A DNA stretch of 64,000 nucleotides, taken from contig JAZDNF010000006.1 in NCBI GenBank assembly GCA_043800255.1, forward strand, positions 54,730 to 118,729, given 5' to 3'. The DNA comes from Candidatus Altiarchaeota archaeon. Its GTDB lineage: Archaea; Altiarchaeota; Altiarchaeia; IMC4; SCGC-AAA252-I15. The position numbers and the translations under genes were made by a program. The notes beneath the pieces were generated by a model. That model worked only from the letters and a program-made list of their open reading frames with translations, was not told where the DNA came from and did not search any database. Numbering within the stretch: the stretch's first letter is position 1; every line of letters begins with the position of its first letter. Shown here piece after piece: positions 8,968 through 16,921 of the stretch.

Positions 8968-9822
8968 ATGGCAGAGGATATTAACCCGAATTTGATTGTC
9001 CAGCTGATACGGAGGGCTGAGACCAGGCTCCCGGAGGACGTCACAGGAGCCCTTAAAGCGGCCTTTAGGCGCGAGAGAGGCGTCGCGAGGCTGCAAATCA
9101 GGAACATCCTGGAGAACGTCAAAGTCGCGGAATCTGAGGGCATACCCATGTGCCAGGACACGGGGGCGCCGGTGTTCTACGTCAGGATAGGCAGAGGCTC
9201 CGACTATAGAAAAATCAGGGAGGCCATAGCTGAGGGCACCAGAAAGGCTACCAGGGTCATACCATTGCGGCAGAACATCGTAGACCCTCTAACAAGGAGG
9301 AACACAGGCGACAACACCGGAGAGGGGATGCCTGCAGTGCATGCTGAATTCCACGATGGAGATTACACTGAAATCGCCGTCCTGATGAAGGGCGCAGGCT
9401 CTGAGAACATGAGCAGGCTGGGAATGCTGAACCCCGCGGACGGCATTACGGGGATTGTAGAGTTTGTCGTCAAAGCTGTTTATGAGGCTGGAGCCAGACC
9501 GTGCCCGCCCACCATACTCGGGATTGGGCTGGGCGGGACAGCGGACGATGCCATGCAACTCGCCAAGAAGGCGCTGCTCGGCAGGATAGACATCAGGAAT
9601 GAAGACCCTGGGCTTGCGAAGCTTGAGCAGGACATACTGAAGAGGGTGAACAGGCTCGGCATCGGGCCGATGGGTCTGGGGGGGAAGACAACAGCATTGG
9701 GAGTGAACATTCTGAAGGCAGGCTGCCATACGGCAAGCCTCCCCGTTGGAGTGAACATACAATGCTGGGCCAACAGGAGGGCTGCTGTGAGAATCCGAAG
9801 AGGGAAGGTCAGATGGCTATAG
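8968..9822 (+). CDS. fumA: Fe-S fumarate hydratase/tartrate dehydratase, alpha subunit
   Basis: PMCQDTG, KGAGSEN, PCPP, GIGPMGLGG, HTASLPV, QCWANR. Confidence 0.92.
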   Translation: MAEDINPNLIVQLIRRAETRLPEDVTGALKAAFRRERGVARLQIRNILENVKVAESEGIPMCQDTGAPVFYVRIGRGSDYRKIREAIAEGTRKATRVIPLRQNIVDPLTRRNTGDNTGEGMPAVHAEFHDGDYTEIAVLMKGAGSENMSRLGMLNPADGITGIVEFVVKAVYEAGARPCPPTILGIGLGGTADDAMQLAKKALLGRIDIRNEDPGLAKLEQDILKRVNRLGIGPMGLGGKTTALGVNILKAGCHTASLPVGVNIQCWANRRAAVRIRRGKVRWL

Positions 9823-10364
9823 TAAGGTTGAAGACGCCAATCAGCGAGAAGGAGGTCCGAATGCTGAGAGCAGGCGACACAGTTTACCTGAGCGGCATCG
9901 TCCATACTGCAAGGGACAAAGCCAATAAGAGGATGCTCGAAGAGGGGAAAACGCCAGTCCATCTTGGAGATGGCGTGCTCTTCCACTGCGGTCCCCTCGT
10001 CAGGAGAAACGGCAGGAGATGGGAGGTTGTAGGTTTAGGCCCGACCACAAGCTCGAGGATGGACAAGTACACGCCGCAGCTGATCGTTAGATTCAAGCCC
10101 AGGATTATAATAGGGAAGGGAGGCGTGGACGAGAAGTCAGCCTCGGCCTTTAGAAAACACGGCATCGCATACCTTTCGATGACAGGCGGCTGCGCAGCCT
10201 CGTCGGCGAAGTCGGTAAGGAAGGTGCTGGATGTTAGATGGAAGGAGTTGGGCCTTGCTGAGGCTATGTGGACGCTGGAAGTCGAAGAGCTGGGACCTCT
10301 GACGGTTGCCATAGACACCAGCGGAGGGAACTTCTACAGGAGACTCAGTAGGCGGCGAGCATAG
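9813..10364 (+). CDS. fumB: Fe-S fumarate hydratase, beta subunit
   Basis: TARD, HCGP, GPTTSSRM, IIGKGG, GGCAA, EAMW; ATG at 9813 overlaps the alpha gene. Confidence 0.9.
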   Translation: MAIVRLKTPISEKEVRMLRAGDTVYLSGIVHTARDKANKRMLEEGKTPVHLGDGVLFHCGPLVRRNGRRWEVVGLGPTTSSRMDKYTPQLIVRFKPRIIIGKGGVDEKSASAFRKHGIAYLSMTGGCAASSAKSVRKVLDVRWKELGLAEAMWTLEVEELGPLTVAIDTSGGNFYRRLSRRRA

Positions 10365-10575
10365 GATTCAGGAAGTGCTTCCAGAGAGTGTAGAGTGAGA
10401 GCATCACAATAAAAGCTGCCATCCAGTGGCTTCTGATGCTGTCAGGCAGTATGCCGATATACGTCAAGACTATCATCAGGAGAAATACTTTTATGACAGG
10501 CCACACCACCTCGAAGAAATAACGCTCAGCCTTAGTCTCATCTGCATCCTGCATTGGCTTGACAATGTCAACCAT
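10345..10575 (-). CDS. Small two-TM membrane protein
   Basis: Two hydrophobic segments; AT-rich promoter-like region upstream. Confidence 0.55.
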   Translation of the reverse strand: MVDIVKPMQDADETKAERYFFEVVWPVIKVFLLMIVLTYIGILPDSIRSHWMAAFIVMLSLYTLWKHFLNPMLAAY

Positions 10576-10642
10576 ACTGTTGACTTATGGAATTCTGAAA
10601 GTATAAAAACGAGCATTTATTGCAGAAAGCCCCTAATGATAA

Positions 10643-11869
10643 ATGATGGCTGGAGGAGACCAGACTAGGCAGAAAACACCAGGGAAGGGTGAAATCCCAA
10701 AAGATAAAGTGCCTCACATAAAGGAGGACGCTCCGAAAGTAGACCTAAAGGTCGTGCTGGAGACGATAGACAGGGTAATGGGAGGGGTGAGCGGCGGCCT
10801 CAGCATGGACGAGACTCTTAAGGACATCACAAGCGGGATAAGAAAGGCCACAGGCTCGGAGAGGGCTCAGGTCAGGTTCATAGACCCTGAATCCGGGAAG
10901 GTAACTGAGACGTATTTTGAGGGCATGACGCCGGAACAACAGGCCATATACCGGGAGAGGCACGGCGTAAAATCAGAGCTCATGAAAATCCTCGAAAAGG
11001 ACGGCACAGTCAGCATCAACAACATAGATGAGGCTGTAGAGAGGGGATGGATTGACGGCGAGAGGGAGACGAGACTTGGAGTGTTCAACGTCGTGAAAGC
11101 GAGGGTGGACTACGAGCGGGACGGCAGGAAGATGATAATCGAACTTTCAGGATACAACGCCCCGGGAGGCTATCTCCCGGAGCATGAGGCTATCATGAAG
11201 GCGCTTGGGAAAGTCGCCGCGATGTCCATAGACAAGGCTGAGACTATTGAGAAGACAATACAGGCCTTGGCACGCGCTGTCGACGCAAAAGACAAGTACA
11301 CCATAGGACACTCGTCAAGGGTCGCGGACTACGCTCTCGCGCTTGGCCAGAGGCTCGGTTGGGATAACGATAAACTATCGCTCCTGAAAAAGTCAGCGCT
11401 CCTCCACGACATAGGGAAGATTTCAGTCCCGGAAGCCATACTGCACAAGAAAGGCCAGCTTGACGAGAAAGAGCGGAAGCTGATAACAAGCCACTCCACG
11501 GAAGGGGCTAACATACTTAGGGACTTGTACCCTGAGATAGCTGAGGATATAGAACACCACCATGAGTGGTACAATGGCGGAGGGTATCCCGGGGGGCTTA
11601 AGGGCGGGAGGATCCCGCTCATGTCCAGGATCATATCGGTCGCGGACGCATTCGACGCCCTCGTCTCAGGCAGACCTTACAGGAATAAAGTGGACCACGA
11701 GGAGGCTATGAGCATAATATGGAAAAACGCTGGCACACAATTCGACCCCGGACTCGTTGAGAAGTTCGAGGATGCTCTGAAGGACGGGATCAATCTCACA
11801 GGATGGAAAGAGTACAGTTACCCTGGCACTGTCAGGATTGACAGAAACTACGTCCGCCCGAAAATTTAA
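10643..11869 (+). CDS. GAF-like plus HD-GYP cyclic-dinucleotide phosphodiesterase-like protein
   Basis: DAKDKYTIGHSSRV, LLHDIGK, HHHEWYNGGGYPGGLKG, SRIISVADAFDAL, RPYR, GTQFDP. Confidence 0.9.
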   Translation: MMAGGDQTRQKTPGKGEIPKDKVPHIKEDAPKVDLKVVLETIDRVMGGVSGGLSMDETLKDITSGIRKATGSERAQVRFIDPESGKVTETYFEGMTPEQQAIYRERHGVKSELMKILEKDGTVSINNIDEAVERGWIDGERETRLGVFNVVKARVDYERDGRKMIIELSGYNAPGGYLPEHEAIMKALGKVAAMSIDKAETIEKTIQALARAVDAKDKYTIGHSSRVADYALALGQRLGWDNDKLSLLKKSALLHDIGKISVPEAILHKKGQLDEKERKLITSHSTEGANILRDLYPEIAEDIEHHHEWYNGGGYPGGLKGGRIPLMSRIISVADAFDALVSGRPYRNKVDHEEAMSIIWKNAGTQFDPGLVEKFEDALKDGINLTGWKEYSYPGTVRIDRNYVRPKI

Positions 11870-11907
11870 GCCCTGCGCATCGGGTTTAGTTTATCTAATA
11901 CAATAGT

Positions 11908-12474
11908 ATGTTTATGTCAGGCTCATTTAACAGGGAGTTCCTCAGTCCAGGCTTCCTGTTGGAGAACACAAGGCGGAAGTGGCTGATTCCGAGATTGGAT
12001 GTTGATGATATCACGAAAATTGACATCGACGCCCTGAAGTCCAATGGGATTAAGGCGATAATATTCGATGTTGACAACACCCTGTGCCCTCATATGGGAG
12101 CAGCTGTTGACCTGAAGCTGAAGGCTTCGTTCGACAGGATTGCTGGGAATTTCAGGTGCTGCCTTCTGACGAACGCGATGAGGCAGGACAGGAGAGACCA
12201 GCTTGAGAGCCTCTTCGGCCTGCCGTCGGCCAACAACAGCAGGAAGAAGCCGCACGTTGAGGCTGTTGAGGAAGCACTCCGCCTTCTGGGGACGAAACCT
12301 GAGGAGACTGCCTTGGTGGGTGACAGACTCATCACAGACATCGTTGGAGCCAACAAGGCCGGGGTCTATTCTATAAAGGTCAGGCCTGTCAGCTTCTTGA
12401 GCGAGCCGCTGCTTCTGAAGCTGGCAAGAGTGTTCGAGGAGATGCTGCTGATAGCATACAAGGCAGCCGGCTAG
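11908..12474 (+). CDS. YqeG-family HAD IIIA phosphatase
   Basis: IFDVDNTL, KKP, VGDRLITDIVGAN. Confidence 0.9.
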   Translation: MFMSGSFNREFLSPGFLLENTRRKWLIPRLDVDDITKIDIDALKSNGIKAIIFDVDNTLCPHMGAAVDLKLKASFDRIAGNFRCCLLTNAMRQDRRDQLESLFGLPSANNSRKKPHVEAVEEALRLLGTKPEETALVGDRLITDIVGANKAGVYSIKVRPVSFLSEPLLLKLARVFEEMLLIAYKAAG

Positions 12475-12475
12475 G

Positions 12476-13237
12476 ATGGGATTCTACGACATGGGCAGAA
12501 GGGAACGGGCGGATTACGTTCACAATATGAGGGAGGCCCTTCTCGATGACTTCAGGAGGGGGGATGAGTCTAACATAAGAAGGTATTTCTCAGACGATGA
12601 CGGCCATGTCAGGCAGAAGGCGTATCTGGCTGCCGGCAGGCTTTATAAGGAGAAGAGGGAACTCAGGGAGAACATCCTGAAGACCCTGCATGAGCTTTCC
12701 AGCTCGAAAGACGAGAAGGTCAGGCAGACTGTAGTCCACTGTTACAGTGAGATAGGCATGATAACCCCCGATGAGGCTGTCAAAGTCTTTGAGACGGCCC
12801 TGGCAGACGGAAGCTGGAAGGTCAGGAACTCTGTAGTTGGAAGCCTGAAGGTGATAGGCGAGAAGAACCCTGATGCTGCCATAGGGTTCGCGAACAGTTT
12901 TCTCAGGAACCCTGACCCTAGGATCAGGAAGGCTGTCCTGCACGGCCTCGAGCTTAGGGGGAGAACCCACCCGCAGGACATCCTGCCAGTGCTTGAGAAG
13001 GCGCAGTTCGACAGTGACAGGGAAGTCAGGGAGACTCTGGTTCATGTCCTCTCGCAGATAAGCTACAAGAAGGGATGCCTTGAGAAGGTTGTCAATGCTT
13101 TGAACGGCTGGGAGAACAAGGACATGGTCAAGAAGGCTGTGAAAGAGATTTTAGAAGTCCATAGGAGGTATGCTAGATTCTCTCACATGACTGCTGATAA
13201 GGCTGAAGAGTACATGAGGGAGAACCTTGACGTCTAG
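12476..13237 (+). CDS. HEAT-repeat protein
   Basis: Repeated DxDxxVR-type units (DDDGHVRQ, KDEKVRQ, GSWKVRN, PDPRIRK, SDREVRE). Confidence 0.8.
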   Translation: MGFYDMGRRERADYVHNMREALLDDFRRGDESNIRRYFSDDDGHVRQKAYLAAGRLYKEKRELRENILKTLHELSSSKDEKVRQTVVHCYSEIGMITPDEAVKVFETALADGSWKVRNSVVGSLKVIGEKNPDAAIGFANSFLRNPDPRIRKAVLHGLELRGRTHPQDILPVLEKAQFDSDREVRETLVHVLSQISYKKGCLEKVVNALNGWENKDMVKKAVKEILEVHRRYARFSHMTADKAEEYMRENLDV

Positions 13238-13641
13238 GCTCTCCTCTTGAACCCGAGCTGCTCGTCTATCTCCAATGCTATCGCTCCAAGGTCTTCGAAC
13301 ACGCGCATGATGTCGCGTTCGACCTCCTTTATAGTCCGATAGACGCTGCCTCCTCTGAGGACGTAGGTTCTGCCCTCCTTCCTGATGAGGCCTGCCTGGG
13401 CGAGCCTGTTCAGCTGGTGTATTACAGCGCCCCTGGACATGCCAACCTCGGAGGACAGTTCCGTGCTGCTCGGCTTCCTGCCGTTGGATATCTCCCCTAT
13501 CAGCTCTTTGAAGACCTGGGAGGCGGTCTTCTGCTGGGTTTCGCTGCAGAATCCTAGGCACGAGCACAGCCAGTCTAGGTCATTTTGTATGTCCTTTTCG
13601 AATGGTTTTTCTACGCCTCTTATAGTAACCCTGATCGTCAT
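13234..13641 (-). CDS. Winged-helix transcription regulator, divergent from hsp20
   Basis: HTH SSTELSSEVGMSRGAVIHQLNRLAQAGLI plus wing and a C-terminal helix. Confidence 0.85.
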   Translation of the reverse strand: MTIRVTIRGVEKPFEKDIQNDLDWLCSCLGFCSETQQKTASQVFKELIGEISNGRKPSSTELSSEVGMSRGAVIHQLNRLAQAGLIRKEGRTYVLRGGSVYRTIKEVERDIMRVFEDLGAIALEIDEQLGFKRRA

Positions 13642-13691
13642 ATTGTTTAATATATGTTAGTCTAGTATATAAAAATATGAACCGATAAGTA

Positions 13692-13723
13692 TTTATATAA
13701 CTTTGTCTAAAATATTTAGACAA
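13692..13723 (+). promoter_or_regulatory. hsp20 TATA box followed by a 9-3-9 inverted-repeat operator
   Basis: TTTATATA (13692-13699), then TTGTCTAAA-ATA-TTTAGACAA (13703-13723). Confidence 0.7.
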
Positions 13724-13759
13724 TAATAAAGAAATTTTGACAAAAAGAGGTGGCAACAA

Positions 13760-14218
13760 ATGGAACCATGGGAAAAAGGAAGGGAAAGATTCCCCCCAAA
13801 GCCGACAAGGCTTGAAGAGGAAATCAGAAAACTTGAGGAGGAATTCAGCAGAGCGCTGACCGAAGGCGGAAGCTTCGGATACGGGTTCACGATAGTCTCG
13901 GTGAACGGAACGCCTATAGAGCAGAAAGTGTTCAGAAGCCAGCAGCCGCAGATAGAGGAGAGAGAGCCCCTCGTGGACATCATAGACGAAAAAGAGACGA
14001 CCAAAATCCTCGTGGACCTGCCAGGGATTGAGAAGAAGGACATACTGCTGACATCAGACGATAACACGCTCGAAATCTCAGTAGACACCGAACAGAGAAA
14101 ATACCACAAGAGACTGGAACTGCCGCACACAGTCAAAAACCCGAAAGCAGAGTACAGGAACGGCGTGCTCGAAGTCAGCATCAGAAAGGAAAAGGCAAAA
14201 GACGTAAAAATAGGATGA
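13760..14218 (+). CDS. hsp20: Small heat-shock protein (Hsp20/alpha-crystallin)
   Basis: REPLVDI, VDLPGIEKKDI, AEYRNGVLEV, C-terminal VKI motif. Confidence 0.93.
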   Translation: MEPWEKGRERFPPKPTRLEEEIRKLEEEFSRALTEGGSFGYGFTIVSVNGTPIEQKVFRSQQPQIEEREPLVDIIDEKETTKILVDLPGIEKKDILLTSDDNTLEISVDTEQRKYHKRLELPHTVKNPKAEYRNGVLEVSIRKEKAKDVKIG

Positions 14219-14261
14219 GGTGATACGATGGGCCCAGGATGCTGTTAGACCAGGACAACCG

Positions 14262-14298
14262 GGGGATGTGTTGTTAAAACCTCCGCAACACAATCCCC
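14262..14298 (+). other. Stem-loop downstream of hsp20
   Basis: GGGGATGTGTTG ... CAACACAATCCCC, 12 bp with one bulge. Confidence 0.5.
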
Positions 14299-14366
14299 AT
14301 ATTTTAATCCAAGAATTTTAGAGGGTACAACCTAGAAAAACTGCACGAACCAGCGCCGAATTCTCA

Positions 14367-14513
14367 CTACATGAGGAAATTCAGGACAGCCCACAACCCC
14401 ACTATGACGATGAGGGTGCAGATAATGCAATACTTCTTCTTTCCCATCGAGGAGCCGCATGTCTTGCAGACGTTCTCCGACGATGATGCCTTAGGCTTCG
14501 CAGCTAATGCCAT
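14367..14513 (-). CDS. 48-aa protein with two CxxC pairs and a C-terminal TM helix (not in ORF track)
   Basis: MALAAKPKASSSENVCKTCGSSMGKKKYCIICTLIVIVGLWAVLNFLM*. Confidence 0.6.
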   Translation of the reverse strand: MALAAKPKASSSENVCKTCGSSMGKKKYCIICTLIVIVGLWAVLNFLM

Positions 14514-14542
14514 ATATAGGTATGCTACGGGATTATTAAAAT

Positions 14543-14788
14543 ATGCTAGTGAGAGCCGCCATCATAGTCCTGGTGCTGTTAACGGCAGGATGCGTCAGAG
14601 AATGCCCACCATCATGCTTTGACGACAACCCCTGCACGGCAGAATACTGCTCGAAGGACACAGGCTACAAGTGCGCTTACAACAACCTGAGCGGACCCCA
14701 ATACGGATGCAACACAACAGTCGACAATCTCAGATACCTGTGCGAAACAGGTAAGTGCGTTGTCAGTCAACCTGAAGAGAGAACCTAA
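14543..14788 (+). CDS. Small Cys-rich lipoprotein
   Basis: Signal plus lipobox LTAGC; CFDDNPCTAEYC motif. Confidence 0.65.
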   Translation: MLVRAAIIVLVLLTAGCVRECPPSCFDDNPCTAEYCSKDTGYKCAYNNLSGPQYGCNTTVDNLRYLCETGKCVVSQPEERT

Positions 14789-16584
14789 CCGCAGCCGCCT
14801 GTAACAGGCGCGGCCGGAACGCTGGATTCGACAACCGAATCGCACTCGGACGGCTTCTCATCGAACTCCTGGCACAATGCTGCCTGGTAGCCTGCAGAGG
14901 TCCTGGGCCCGTTATATGATTCGCCCTCGATGAAAACCGTCGGAGAACCTCTGACACCGAGAAGCTTGTTCAACTCCAACTCCGCCTTCAACAAGTCAAG
15001 AGCCTCATTCTTCTCGCAATCTTTTATGACATTGCTGTCAAAGCCCAGCGATTTTGCGACAGGCTCCCAGCACGTGTCAGCGTTGGCTGAAGTGCACTCC
15101 TCGTTCATTCTCAACACGAACTTGAAGAACGAGTCAGTGCCCAGGTGCTTGTTAACGCACAATTCCCTCACATCCTGGTTCAGCTCCTGTATGCCGTGCA
15201 TCGAACAGTACAGTGACTCATTGTCAAGGCAGTACTGCGGCCCCCCTCCGCCGTAGTTGCTGTATATGACATAACGGGGGTTGAATATCGCCTTGTCCTT
15301 GATGATCTGATAGACCGGTTCGACAGCCTCCTCGCACTGGTTGCCGTAGGGGCAGTAGCTCATCACGAAAAAGTCTATCTGAGGCTTGTTGTCGCCTTCA
15401 ACTATCTTCAAAGCGTCAAGCAGTCCCTTCTTAGCCTCCTTGTCGACATAGTATGAGGCGCCGGACGCGGAGTCCGACAGCTTATAGTAAGAACCGACCT
15501 TCTCGAATGCCGGCGGAATCCGTGAGTTGGTCTTCCAAGTGTTAGTCTCAACAATGTTCTCCTCGAATATGAACGCCGGGGCGAACACTATGCCAAGCTC
15601 CTTTATCAGCTTCTGGCCCTCCTCAGTCGAAGCATCAACCTGCCTCGTCTGAAGGCCGGGGAACAGCCCCATGAGAGTGCTCATCAGCTGCTGGGGATTG
15701 CATGTCGAGCACTCCTTGTCATTCAATAGTATCATGTTCACCTTCACAGGCTCCAAGTAGACGCATTTAGCGTTACTCTGGCCCGGGTTCTCGCACTTCC
15801 CGATCTTGTTAGGCTGGGCTGTGCAGTCCGCATCAGACCCGCATGCTGGCATGTTCTGGCACTCAGGATGGTTGCTGAGCTTCTGGCAGACGGCTCTCAT
15901 AAAGGAGAGCGTGTCCCTGCCACCGTTGTACTGTTGACCGTTCAAGTAAATTGTCGGACTTCCGCTTGCCCCCACCTTAGACGTCTCTTTGATTGACTGG
16001 GAAAGCAGGCTCTTGCCCTCGCTGCCCGTATAGCAGACTCTGATCTTTTCGACATCAAGGCTGAACTTTATCGCGCACGCCTCCCAGTTGTCAGGTATCG
16101 CGCGGGCGTTCTCGTTCTGGCAGACTACCATGTCCATGTACTTGTCAGGGTTGTATTTTGCGGCGCAGAGCTGGACTATGTCGCCTTCGACCTCAGGCTG
16201 CCCGTGAAGCGATGCGAAGGCACCGCCAGCTCCCTCGTTGGCAATGAAATTCAATGAGAAGTCGACGCTTGCGCCGAGTTTCTTCAGAACGGGGAGGATG
16301 GCATCCTCAACCTGCGTGCCGTAGGGGCACTGGCTCATGACATAGAAGTCAAGCTTAGCGACGCCGTAGTCGGTTGCTGGAAGGGTTGATGTGGTCGTGG
16401 GCTGGTCGCTCCCAGACGGGTAAAAGTTCCTGAAAAGGACGAAGATTATGACAACTCCAAGCGCCAGCGAGAGGAGCTTCCATATTGCGTCCTTATTCAC
16501 AGTAATCGTGAGATCCTTCTTGGCCTTTTTCGAACTGCTAGCTGGCTTCCGACCGGTTCGCTTGGTTTTCTTCTCCTCAACCAT
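14785..16584 (-). CDS. Membrane-anchored protein with tandem GILT/DsbA-like thioredoxin-fold domains
   Basis: N-terminal TM; DFYVMSQCPYG...HGQPEVEGDIVQLC and FFVMSYCPYG...HGIQELNQDVRELC; cis-Pro GSPT motif twice. Confidence 0.75.
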   Translation of the reverse strand: MVEEKKTKRTGRKPASSSKKAKKDLTITVNKDAIWKLLSLALGVVIIFVLFRNFYPSGSDQPTTTSTLPATDYGVAKLDFYVMSQCPYGTQVEDAILPVLKKLGASVDFSLNFIANEGAGGAFASLHGQPEVEGDIVQLCAAKYNPDKYMDMVVCQNENARAIPDNWEACAIKFSLDVEKIRVCYTGSEGKSLLSQSIKETSKVGASGSPTIYLNGQQYNGGRDTLSFMRAVCQKLSNHPECQNMPACGSDADCTAQPNKIGKCENPGQSNAKCVYLEPVKVNMILLNDKECSTCNPQQLMSTLMGLFPGLQTRQVDASTEEGQKLIKELGIVFAPAFIFEENIVETNTWKTNSRIPPAFEKVGSYYKLSDSASGASYYVDKEAKKGLLDALKIVEGDNKPQIDFFVMSYCPYGNQCEEAVEPVYQIIKDKAIFNPRYVIYSNYGGGGPQYCLDNESLYCSMHGIQELNQDVRELCVNKHLGTDSFFKFVLRMNEECTSANADTCWEPVAKSLGFDSNVIKDCEKNEALDLLKAELELNKLLGVRGSPTVFIEGESYNGPRTSAGYQAALCQEFDEKPSECDSVVESSVPAAPVTGGCG

Positions 16585-16633
16585 CTCAAAAAAAAGTATT
16601 GAAGATATACATTGGTAATCAGAGTATAAAAAA

Positions 16634-16867
16634 TCAACGTCTTATCAGGAGGTAGTAGAGTATCATCAGAAGCAATGTCAGGATTGCGACAGCATACGCC
16701 GACTGCCTGTCAGTCCCAAACACTAAGGGAACCGGCCCCAAAAAGATCACGCCCCCGCCCCTGACGTTAGAAGCTCCCTTGGAGGCGAATAGTATGCCGC
16801 CAACCAAGGCTAAAACGCCTAACAGGATGAGTATGATGCCCACAGGGATGAGAATGCCTGCATCCAT
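16634..16867 (-). CDS. DUF131/TIGR00304-type small membrane protein
   Basis: GGGVIFLGPVPLVFGTD between TM helices. Confidence 0.85.
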   Translation of the reverse strand: MDAGILIPVGIILILLGVLALVGGILFASKGASNVRGGGVIFLGPVPLVFGTDRQSAYAVAILTLLLMILYYLLIRR

Positions 16868-16921
16868 AGGTTATAATGTTGCTAAACGACAATATTATAG
16901 ATTCAACCGTATAAGATAAAG

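Noticed and set aside
14262-14298. SECIS element recoding the hsp20 TGA
   Set aside because: Lacks the archaeal GAA/A or eukaryotic AUGA/GA core, and hsp20 already ends at its normal position; kept only as a generic hairpin.
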